From: Promethearchaeota archaeon | GTDB taxonomy: Archaea; Asgardarchaeota; Lokiarchaeia; Sigyniarchaeales; SOKP01 | Direction: 5' to 3' | Length of the DNA: 64,000 bases | Assembly: GCA_011364925.1 (NCBI GenBank) | Contig: RDOA01000007.1 | Location: 6,936-70,935, forward strand | Shown: positions 25,057-33,727 of the stretch, piece after piece | Layout: each line of letters begins with the position of its first letter | How positions within the stretch are numbered: position 1 is the stretch's first letter | Notes under the pieces: model-generated | What the model was told of the DNA's origin: nothing | Database searches by the model: none | Seen by the model: only the letters and a program-made list of their open reading frames with translations | Program-made: the position numbers and the translations under genes

Positions 25057-28000
25057 TTATTTTGTTGATGGTACAATAACTTTCTTTTTTATTAGGCTTT
25101 CGATACCTTCGATTACTATATCTTTATTCTTTTCGTGAATCAGCTCAAAGATGGTCTCTAAGTTAAATTCTTTCTTGCTTTTCGCAATCGAATAAATGAC
25201 GTTCAAGATACGAGTCTCCATTGAGTTCAGTTCTCCTTCTTTGCGGACCTTTGCTATATAATCAGCGCTATTTATCACAAATGGTTCCTTTAAGTAAAGT
25301 TCAATGTAATTATTTATAACAGGCGGAAATAGGTCTTCAAATTCGTGAATGGCGCCGTCCCAATTACCGATTTGTTCTGATAATTCTAGCATCGCTCCTA
25401 AAGATAGATCAGAGATCAAACTCTTCAATCGGTCTGAAGCCCGCTCAGTTAAAATAAAAATTATCCGTAATTCTTGCCGATCACAGATTAAACAATAGAA
25501 ATACTTGAAATCGAGCTCTAAGATGGTACGAGTTCCGTCTTCTTCGTCTATATTTACTAAATCGCCGCTCTCTCCTCTTTTTCCAACCATTTCTTCTCCG
25601 ACGGTGATGATAGCCTGTATGAATCCCGCAAAAATCTCCTTTTTTTGTTTCTCTAAAATGGAATAACTCTTAGTATAAAGTGGAATTCCACTATCCTTAT
25701 GAATCGCAACAATAGCCTGAATGTTTTCAATATCTTTAAACCTCTGTGTCCTTGATAGCAAATCTGCTTCTCTCCTTCTCCTTCTTGGTAATATAACATA
25801 CGATCTAATACTCAAAGCCCCCAAAATAGCTATAACAGATATCGAGATTATTGTAATCAAGATTAACAAAAATGGGTTTGCTTCGCTTGGAGGTGGTGGA
25901 TTTACAATATTAAATTGGTAGATATGACTCTGAGGTTCATATCCAGGAGCTGAAAATTCGAAGAAAAGTTGATATGTTCCTGTACTATCAAGAAACACTG
26001 TATTAATTAGAATACTATAAGTTCCTGGCGTTGTTTCTGTGACGCTATAATACATTGGATTAGAAATATTAACTGCTACTGTGGCGTCAGTTATACCCTC
26101 CTCACTAATTTTTGAGTAGTAAAAGAATGTGATAGTGCTATTCTGGTTGATGATAATCGAAGAATCAGAACCTAATCTTTGTAAAACGGTATCTTCACCT
26201 AAATTAATCTCTAAAATTAATGTACTATTCTCAAATCCTATTTTATAAGACGAAATGATAATAGTATATAATCCTAAAGAACCCAAATCTGAAGTGTCCA
26301 ATATTGCGTCGTATATGCCTAATCCAACCTCGACCAGGTACCTTGTACCGCTTGTCCAATTAAATGATAAAATTGCATTTGATATTGATTCATTATTCTC
26401 TGTATCGCGAAGATATATTCTTAACGGTAAAATGTCACCTACAACACCACCCGTTCGATTGTCTGATTTTGCGTCATCTGGACGTAATAATTTAATATAA
26501 GAATCATGTCTTATTACAAAATTAGAGTCGATTCCTCCTACAGAAGTGCCGTTTCCCCAAAATATTTTAAAATTATATATTCCTCCTGTTGAATTCTGAG
26601 CTGCGATATTGAAATTTGAGAATACAACTGTACCATTCGTCATAGGTATTGCGCTATCTTCAAACCAAAGGTCCCCCTCTGGACTATATATGGTTAAATT
26701 TGCTATAGTTTGTTCGAGTCCTGGTGGTATTTCATTGGTTTTATTAATTTGTGTTTTGATCTGGGCTATATCACCTGTTTGGAATTCTGAAACCCCCCAT
26801 TGACCATTCCTTGAAATTTTTACATTTTCTTCTTGGATGAAATTAGGAGATGTAGCTTTGAAAGACCACCAACCAGAGTATAGGGCGTTTGTTTTATTGA
26901 TCTTTAAAAAGGATTCACCAATATTTCCATTCTCAAAAGGACGAGAAAGAAGCGTTGGATCTAACGCATATAATATTTGCCAATTCGAAGGTTTGCTTAT
27001 GATAAACTCAAAATCTGAGTACTGTGAAGGCATAAAGAAGTTATGCGTAAAGTACCAATACACAGTTCCGTTTTCTAAGATTTCATACGAGGTTCCTTCA
27101 AGTAGAGTTTGCCCTATCCGCGAATATGCTTCGTGATATCCATATAAGTAGGTATCTAATTCAAACGAAAGCGAAGGTGAACTTGTATTTACCGTAAGAA
27201 TGACTGGATTAACAGTCCAAGTCCCCGTTAAGTTTAAATCAGAACTACCCCATTCATTTCCCTGATTTAAAGAATACCCATCAATGGTAAGATTTATATC
27301 ACTTTGGCTAGAGTTTGCGAGAGTTGTAAGCTCTAAAGACAAGTTATCAAACCAGAAAATTTGCTGATGCAGTTCGTCAAATCCAGAATAACTTATTGAC
27401 GCACCGCTCATTATTCCAAGCGATATTCTGAACTCTTGATCATTCTTAATATCTTCAAAAATGTTCGAGGTATTTAACCATAAATCTAGATTAATACTCC
27501 CAGTACTCAACCATGTTCGTCTTCCCCCATATACTACGATATCACGAATGCCCTTAGAATAAATAATTTGATCATTGATAGCACAATACATAAAATTTTC
27601 GTTCGTTGACATAGCTGATTCTGCATAATAATCAAAACTTATATATCCATCTATTACTTGACCACGTGGGATGGTTATGTTTTGATAAATTTCTGAAAAA
27701 TCGTTTTCGTAATATGTGGAACCAAAGTATCCAGTTCCAGTTCTATATGGTTCTCCTACTAAACTAACATACATTGCTGTTTCATTATCTATACTATTCG
27801 AACCATAATTATCAACTCCAGTAGCACTATTATTTCCCCAAAGGTCGTAACTATCATAATATTCTGAACCATCATGAGTATATTCGTAATAATCTATATC
27901 ATAGCCCCACCATTGAATTGAACCATCTGAATCCATCGTAATTTTTAGATGGTTAGTTTTAATCCAGGGACTAAAAAAAGCAGGTTTATTACCGGTATCA

Positions 28001-28632
28001 GTATATTGTAAAACATTACTCTCGTCGTAAAAACAGACTATATCCCAATCTGTTTCTATCTCAAATCTACTAAAATGAACTCGTATTAACGATGCGTTAT
28101 TTTGAATTATTTCGCTGTGAATGTTTGAGGGATTTGATGGGTCGTGGTTGAGATCTGCAGTGTAGTTATGTCGAGGCGGAGAAGTGTCTGGTATATTTGA
28201 TAAAGTTACATAGACTCTGTAAACATCAAGTTCGGAGAAATCTCTGTTTCTTACCCATTCTCTCGTATCTTGAATATTATTGATCTGAGTTGATATTTTC
28301 GATACTTTCCAATCGTGAACATCGTCAAGATAATAATTTAAATTGAGTTCTGCTTGATTATCTAATGATACATCTTGACTATCAACATATAGATTTCCAT
28401 AATCGGTTATATTTAGCGGAACTTCACTACCCTCAAATGCAACAGAATCTGGATCTGATAGTGTTGGACTTTGAAAGCGGTCAATTAAATCTTTATTTAT
28501 CGCTTGTAAATTCTTATTCGATTGTGGAACGAAAAAGCTACTTGAAATAATTATTACAAATAGAATCATTAGAGATGTAATCCTTAGAATTAAGCTTCTT
28601 TTTGTATGTTCGAAGTGTGAAAAAATTTTCAT
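25057..28632 (-). CDS. Single-pass surface receptor-like protein: N-terminal anchor/signal, ~890-aa sequon-rich ectodomain with CUB-like module, internal TM, cytoplasmic longin-like + winged-helix tail
   Basis: N-terminal TM: LILRITSLMILFVIIISSSFFV. The ectodomain has many N-x-S/T sequons. The CUB-like stretch is SLIRVHFSRFEIETDWDIVCFYDES...NHLKITMDSDGSIQWWGYDIDYY. The internal TM is FLLILITIISISVIAILGALSI, followed by RSYVILPRRRRRE. The tail reads IQAIVAIHKDSGIPLYTKSY...FAGFIQAIITVGEEM...TILELDFKYFYCLICDRQELRIIFILTE...METRILNVIYSIAKSKKEFNLETIFELI. Confidence 0.7.
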   Translation of the reverse strand: MKIFSHFEHTKRSLILRITSLMILFVIIISSSFFVPQSNKNLQAINKDLIDRFQSPTLSDPDSVAFEGSEVPLNITDYGNLYVDSQDVSLDNQAELNLNYYLDDVHDWKVSKISTQINNIQDTREWVRNRDFSELDVYRVYVTLSNIPDTSPPRHNYTADLNHDPSNPSNIHSEIIQNNASLIRVHFSRFEIETDWDIVCFYDESNVLQYTDTGNKPAFFSPWIKTNHLKITMDSDGSIQWWGYDIDYYEYTHDGSEYYDSYDLWGNNSATGVDNYGSNSIDNETAMYVSLVGEPYRTGTGYFGSTYYENDFSEIYQNITIPRGQVIDGYISFDYYAESAMSTNENFMYCAINDQIIYSKGIRDIVVYGGRRTWLSTGSINLDLWLNTSNIFEDIKNDQEFRISLGIMSGASISYSGFDELHQQIFWFDNLSLELTTLANSSQSDINLTIDGYSLNQGNEWGSSDLNLTGTWTVNPVILTVNTSSPSLSFELDTYLYGYHEAYSRIGQTLLEGTSYEILENGTVYWYFTHNFFMPSQYSDFEFIISKPSNWQILYALDPTLLSRPFENGNIGESFLKINKTNALYSGWWSFKATSPNFIQEENVKISRNGQWGVSEFQTGDIAQIKTQINKTNEIPPGLEQTIANLTIYSPEGDLWFEDSAIPMTNGTVVFSNFNIAAQNSTGGIYNFKIFWGNGTSVGGIDSNFVIRHDSYIKLLRPDDAKSDNRTGGVVGDILPLRIYLRDTENNESISNAILSFNWTSGTRYLVEVGLGIYDAILDTSDLGSLGLYTIIISSYKIGFENSTLILEINLGEDTVLQRLGSDSSIIINQNSTITFFYYSKISEEGITDATVAVNISNPMYYSVTETTPGTYSILINTVFLDSTGTYQLFFEFSAPGYEPQSHIYQFNIVNPPPPSEANPFLLILITIISISVIAILGALSIRSYVILPRRRRREADLLSRTQRFKDIENIQAIVAIHKDSGIPLYTKSYSILEKQKKEIFAGFIQAIITVGEEMVGKRGESGDLVNIDEEDGTRTILELDFKYFYCLICDRQELRIIFILTERASDRLKSLISDLSLGAMLELSEQIGNWDGAIHEFEDLFPPVINNYIELYLKEPFVINSADYIAKVRKEGELNSMETRILNVIYSIAKSKKEFNLETIFELIHEKNKDIVIEGIESLIKKKVIVPSTK

Positions 28633-28777
28633 AATATCCCCTGTTGTAGATTAGAATAATTATAAAATGTATAAAAGCTTAAATTAATAAATTTAAGTTT
28701 TAAGCTAGACAGAAGACCTATAGTGTTAGTAACTTATATTCAAGTTTACTATGAAAAATAACCAGCTAATTCTTTAC

Positions 28778-29101
28778 TTAATTAAGGATATCGTTCCTAA
28801 ACTCTGATTTTAGAATATTTAAAAAGGAAACGCGATCTTCGTTCGTTAAGGCGTTTGGGGTAATCCCCTTATTATTAAAGCTATCTGGAGGTAAATCGTC
28901 AAAAAGTGACAAAATAAGGATAATAGCGTTTTTTACGAACTCCTTTCTTCTGGTTCGTTTTAGGACTTTCATTAAATGAATAAACGATTTATTTCTCCAC
29001 ATGGCGGTTGCTTCCCGTTCGGAACTTTGGTTTTGGTAGAACTCAATAATACTCAGATAATAATCAAGCTCATAGTCTTCGTTGTTATTTGACACTTTCA
29101 T
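28778..29101 (-). CDS. Hypothetical protein
   Basis: 107-aa ORF with no motif recognised. Confidence 0.45.
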   Translation of the reverse strand: MKVSNNNEDYELDYYLSIIEFYQNQSSEREATAMWRNKSFIHLMKVLKRTRRKEFVKNAIILILSLFDDLPPDSFNNKGITPNALTNEDRVSFLNILKSEFRNDILN

Positions 29102-29351
29102 TATTCTTAAACCGTATTCTTAATTATCTAATCTTAGAATTTGCTTTTAAATTAGATGAGAATTTTAATTTTTTGTTGTATTAATTTGCGCATCTATTTT
29201 TATTCAAAACTTCTAATCCAATTGTTTTGAAAATTGTATTCTTCTTAATTCAGTTTAAGAATATATAATGGTATTTTATGTTTTTATGTGATATTTAGAT
29301 AATATATCCATCTAAAGAGCATAAATAAAAATTGACTCTAATTTAGAAAGA

Positions 29352-30353
29352 TTATACATTTTCTAATTCTGGAGGAATATACCCAAAGGTTTTTTGAAAT
29401 CGTGATTTTACACTTTTAATGTCATAAGTTTGTGTCTGAGCGCCATTTGTCTCTACAACAAAGGATCCTAAAATGGATCCTAACCGGCATGAGTCAAGAA
29501 GATTCATACTAAGAATTAATCCCGTAAGAAGTCCTGCACGATAACCGTCTCCCGCACCTGTAGCATCAGCGATGTTATTAGGTATCGCAATAGGTATTAC
29601 TTCGCTTTTTAAATCTCCAGAATCTGTTTTAGAAATTAATTCAGAGCCTTCTGAGCCTTTTGTTTTTATTATGGCTTTCACATGCTCAAGAATGTTTTGC
29701 TCGCTTAAATTTGTTTTTTTAATTACTTGACTAATTTCAAACGAGTTTCCAATCAAAATTTCTGATCTTTTTAGAATATCTATTAGATCTTCTCTTGAAA
29801 ATAGAGGGCTAACTTGGCCAGGATCAAAGATCATAGGAATTTTCAGGCGACTTAGTTGCTCCGCAAAATTCTTCATTGCCTCAACACTCTGCGTTGAATT
29901 AATCGCATAAGCGTATTGTTCAGGATCGGTAATCTTCTTACCTAAATCAATGTTTTTATTCTCGTCCAAAGCGCCACCATGAAAGATTATCATTTGGTTT
30001 GCTTTATTATCGTTTACTATATAACATGCCGCCGTAAAAAGATCAGACTGGACATCTAGGTTCAAATCGATGTTTTGGAATTGTGTTATATGGTCTTTAT
30101 AACCTAAACTATAGAAGTCTTTTCCTACTGAACCAAGTAAAGCAACCTTTGATATGTTGAGTAATCCTAAGTTATACGCTATATTTCCCGCAGTTCCTCC
30201 AAAAAATTGGATACGACTATTAGCGGTAATTGTGCTTTGATATTCTTCTCTTTCTACATCTATTGAAACAGCATTAACAAAATTTTCTTCGAAACTCATG
30301 ATGTAGTCAAATGCTAATGAACCCAGAACGATAATTTTATCTCGCTTCAACAT
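29352..30353 (-). CDS. PfkB-family sugar/nucleoside kinase (ribokinase/adenosine-kinase-like)
   Basis: Motifs: FGGTAGNIAYNLGLL, KTKGSEGS, and ATGAGDGYRAGLLTGL (the PfkB C-terminal signature context). Confidence 0.85.
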   Translation of the reverse strand: MLKRDKIIVLGSLAFDYIMSFEENFVNAVSIDVEREEYQSTITANSRIQFFGGTAGNIAYNLGLLNISKVALLGSVGKDFYSLGYKDHITQFQNIDLNLDVQSDLFTAACYIVNDNKANQMIIFHGGALDENKNIDLGKKITDPEQYAYAINSTQSVEAMKNFAEQLSRLKIPMIFDPGQVSPLFSREDLIDILKRSEILIGNSFEISQVIKKTNLSEQNILEHVKAIIKTKGSEGSELISKTDSGDLKSEVIPIAIPNNIADATGAGDGYRAGLLTGLILSMNLLDSCRLGSILGSFVVETNGAQTQTYDIKSVKSRFQKTFGYIPPELENV

Positions 30354-30486
30354 GAAACTTACCTTATTATTATTTTAAGAAAGCTATACGAATATAATTC
30401 AAAGATCAATTATAGATTTTATGAATATTGAAACTTATCAAATTAAAGAGTATTACTTTTAAAATATCAATAGTTTCTTAAATTGT

Positions 30487-31113
30487 ATGGAAAACCTCAT
30501 AAAATCGATCGAAACCTTAAAAAAGAGAGAGATATCCACCTTTATAAGTGAACGCATCACACAGTTTTCCTCAATACCTAGATTGGGAATTAAAGAGATT
30601 TTTAAAGAACTGTGCTTTTGCATAATGACTGCTAATTGTGGCGCCAAGAAATGCATAGAGGTCCAAGAAAAGATTGATGATGGCTTTTTGACATATTCAA
30701 AGGATGAGTTGAAAAAAAAATTCAAGGAATATGGCTATCGCTTCCCTAACATTAGAGCGGAGTATATTGATGACGCAAAAAGCAATATTCCAGAGTTAAA
30801 GCGCGTTTTAAACTCAAACTTAGAAGAAACAGATAAACGGGATTGGATTGTGAAAAATATCAAAGGATTGGGCTATAAAGAGGCTAGTCACTTTTTAAGA
30901 AACATCGGTTTTAGAAATTTAGCGATCATCGACTTCCATATTATTGATCTATTAGTTAAATCCAATATTATTGAAAAACCCAAAAGCCTTACGAGAAATA
31001 AATATCTTGAAATTGAATCTATTCTCAAACAATTGGGAACTGAGTTAAATTTAGATCTGGGAACTTTAGATTTATATATGTGGTATCTAGAAACTAAGGA
31101 AGTTCTTAAATAA
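30487..31113 (+). CDS. ogg: Archaeal Ogg2-type 8-oxoguanine DNA glycosylase / AP lyase (HhH-GPD)
   Basis: Motifs: ELCFCIMTANCGAKK, GYRFPNIRAEYI, IKGLGYKEASHFLRNIGFRNLAIIDFHIIDLL. Confidence 0.85.
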   Translation: MENLIKSIETLKKREISTFISERITQFSSIPRLGIKEIFKELCFCIMTANCGAKKCIEVQEKIDDGFLTYSKDELKKKFKEYGYRFPNIRAEYIDDAKSNIPELKRVLNSNLEETDKRDWIVKNIKGLGYKEASHFLRNIGFRNLAIIDFHIIDLLVKSNIIEKPKSLTRNKYLEIESILKQLGTELNLDLGTLDLYMWYLETKEVLK

Positions 31114-31128
31114 AAGTTGAAATTGTTT

Positions 31129-31395
31129 CTATAGATTCCCTAAAGGTAAATCTAAATCTACTTCGGCTGTTTTGAGTTTTTTCATAAATTCTATTGTTCC
31201 ACGGTCGTTTATCATCAATTCTAAGAAATTCTCGTATAAAGCTTCAATGTTGTCTTGTCCCAAATTAAAGTACATGTTTTCAGAAGTGAGAGCTATATTT
31301 AGAATATCGTAAAGCCCTTGGATACACTCTTTTATGTTCTCAAAGTTATCAAAGGCTCTCTTGGTTAATTCAGCTAAACTTTCAGTATTTGTCAC
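31129..31395 (-). CDS. Hypothetical small helical protein
   Basis: 88-aa ORF with a GTG start. No motif. Confidence 0.4.
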   Translation of the reverse strand: MTNTESLAELTKRAFDNFENIKECIQGLYDILNIALTSENMYFNLGQDNIEALYENFLELMINDRGTIEFMKKLKTAEVDLDLPLGNL

Positions 31396-31651
31396 CGCTA
31401 ATTCTTACACCATCAAATCTTAACCTATTAAATAATGAAATTGTTAGAAATTTAAAAATTGCGAGAAAATTACGGATTTCCGTGACTAAAGAACAAATTT
31501 TTTGAAACTCTAAAATGATAATAACCCTAAAGGAGCTAAACCATTTATCTAATAACTCAAGTATAAATAATTAAAATTTTTTAGATATATATTACCATTC
31601 GAATGGAAATTATTGAGTTACAATTTCTAATTACCTCTAATATCATAAAAT

Positions 31652-32695
31652 ATGAGAAAGTTAATTGATGCGGTAATTTACACGGATATTCACGATGAAT
31701 TAGGGCCAGATCCTATTCATTGGGCGCCTCCAGATTTACCTGAATCAATAAGGATGTTAGTGGGAATTAAAACAATGACCTTGTTAACGGGAGACCAAGG
31801 AACTGTGCCTAATTCCTTATTAATCATTCCATTTCCTTCTTTAAAACTAAAAGGACTAATAAGATACATAGAAAGAGAGGATAGCAGCAAACGGGGTGGT
31901 TTTGCGCGATCAGCTATAACGTTCTTATTCAAAGAAGCCGATGATGTAATATTTTACAAGTATATGAGCTTTCTTAAAGCTCCATTTGATGAAACCGCAA
32001 GAAGGATTATCGAACTTGAGAATAATGAGGTAGAAAAAGAAAAAGTCTTTGAAGAAATCAGCTACTTAAGAGATAGTGTAGGTCAATTATTAGATGATTT
32101 CAGAGCTAAAGAAATTTCCTTCCCATCTGCTAAAGAATTTCCCGAAAGAATTATAAGAGGGGATAAGATTGTTGATTATAGATTCAAGCTCGTTGTAGTA
32201 GGTGATCCAGGTGTAGGTAAAACTTCAACAATTTTACGCTTTACCGATAATGCATTTTTAAGGACATACGTTCCTACTTTAGGAGTTAGTATTACCGAGA
32301 AAATCTTTCAAATCGATGAGAAAGCTGTAGAAGCAATCTTGTGGGACATTGCGGGTCAGAATAAGTTTCAAACGATGAGGAGGCACTTCTATCAAGGAGC
32401 CGAGGCAATCTTACTTATTTTTGACTTAACAAATCGAATCTCTTTTAACAGTATTAAAAATTGGTACGAAGATATTATGAAAAATATGGAAAAGCATCAT
32501 CACCAAATGACTGGCTATATTTTCGGAAATAAAAATGATTTGATTGATGTGCGTAAAGTTAAATTGGTTGAAGCGTTAGCATTAGCTAAAGAATTAAACT
32601 TAAAATACATTGAAACTTCTGCTATGACTGGAAGAAACGTGGAATACGCTTTTTACGACATGGCAGAAACTGTAATAAAATTAAGAATAGAATAA
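31652..32695 (+). CDS. Longin-like N-domain fused to a Rab/Ras-like small GTPase
   Basis: N-domain: VIYTDIHDELGPDPIHWAPP...LVGIKTMTLLTGD...LLIIPFPSLKLKGLIRYI, the same family as in 10160 and 17255. G1 is KLVVVGDPGVGKTS, G2 is YVPTLGV, G3 is LWDIAGQNKF, G4 is FGNKNDL, G5 is ETSAMTG. Confidence 0.9.
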   Translation: MRKLIDAVIYTDIHDELGPDPIHWAPPDLPESIRMLVGIKTMTLLTGDQGTVPNSLLIIPFPSLKLKGLIRYIEREDSSKRGGFARSAITFLFKEADDVIFYKYMSFLKAPFDETARRIIELENNEVEKEKVFEEISYLRDSVGQLLDDFRAKEISFPSAKEFPERIIRGDKIVDYRFKLVVVGDPGVGKTSTILRFTDNAFLRTYVPTLGVSITEKIFQIDEKAVEAILWDIAGQNKFQTMRRHFYQGAEAILLIFDLTNRISFNSIKNWYEDIMKNMEKHHHQMTGYIFGNKNDLIDVRKVKLVEALALAKELNLKYIETSAMTGRNVEYAFYDMAETVIKLRIE

Positions 32696-32713
32696 GAATA
32701 ATGGTTAAGAAAT

Positions 32714-33286
32714 ATGGATCTTGAAGAAGTTATATTTAGAAGAAGAACAATTAGGAGATTTAAACAGGATCCTATTCCTAGCGAAGAATTAAAAAAGTTA
32801 ATCGATTACGCTCGAGTAGCACCTGCAGGGAGCAATATTCAATGCGTAGAATACATTCTTGTAGAAACTCCTTCTATGAGAGAGCAAATGTTTCCTTTAG
32901 TTAAATGGGCTTCCTCCCTTCCAAAAGAGGAAAGAACCCCAGAAAGCGGGCGAGAACCAGCAGCGTATATTATCGTTCTGGTAAACACAGATATTAAAAA
33001 ATCTTACTTTGACTACGATGTAGGAGCAGCGGTCGAGAACATTTTACTCGGCGCTGTTAACTTTGGGATAGGATGTTGTTGGATGGGTAACATAAATGCC
33101 GGTAAAATCAGGAGATTGCTAGAAATACCCGAAAACTACGAAATCAAGCATGTAATTAGTTTGGGTTACCCTGACGAAACATCAAAAATGGAACCATATA
33201 AGGATTCTTTTAAGTACTGGAAAGAAGGAAACGAAATGCACGTTCCAAAGCGAGATTTAGCTGATATAATTTTTAAGATTTTATAA
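32714..33286 (+). CDS. Nitroreductase-family protein
   Basis: RRRTIRRFKQDPIP...LIDYARVAPAGSNIQ...VGAAVENILLGAVNFGIGCCWMG. Confidence 0.85.
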   Translation: MDLEEVIFRRRTIRRFKQDPIPSEELKKLIDYARVAPAGSNIQCVEYILVETPSMREQMFPLVKWASSLPKEERTPESGREPAAYIIVLVNTDIKKSYFDYDVGAAVENILLGAVNFGIGCCWMGNINAGKIRRLLEIPENYEIKHVISLGYPDETSKMEPYKDSFKYWKEGNEMHVPKRDLADIIFKIL

Positions 33287-33511
33287 GAGAAAAAAATTGC
33301 CCTCTAAAAATTCTCTCTATCTATTAAAATCATCAGATTGAGATTTTAATAGACTAAAATTACCTAACCCCACCCTAGATTTTTGTTTTTAGTCTTAAAC
33401 TAAATTAAAATGTCAAACTATCTTAATATTATATCATTAACGTAAAATTTAAGCTTTATTCACCAAAATTGAGGAAAACATTCTGGGAACAAATTAATTT
33501 ATTTAAATACA

Positions 33512-33529
33512 TTCCTCAATGTTGAGGAA
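33512..33529. promoter_or_regulatory. Perfect 8-bp-arm palindrome TTCCTCAA-tg-TTGAGGAA in a ~440-bp intergenic region; an extra TTGAGGAAA half-site lies at 33469..33477
   Basis: Read directly from the sequence. Candidate operator upstream of 33728..34354. Confidence 0.3.
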
Positions 33530-33727
33530 ATAAAAGCTTGTACTCATAATATGTGGCTCAGTTCTTTAGTTAAATAGAATATTTTACTAACATTAATGAA
33601 ATATCTGTTTAGCTCAAAGATAAATTTAAATTTGATTAGTCGTATTTATTTATTGCAGATTTACTAATTTGATTAAGATTTTATCTTTTAATAAAAACAA
33701 AAAATCGACTACAAATTACAATTTATT

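Noticed and set aside
25721-27136. Several plus-strand ORFs of 64-99 aa (25721..25921, 26255..26500, 26609..26803, 26837..27136)
   Set aside because: All are antisense to the continuous 1191-aa receptor ORF and have no motifs.
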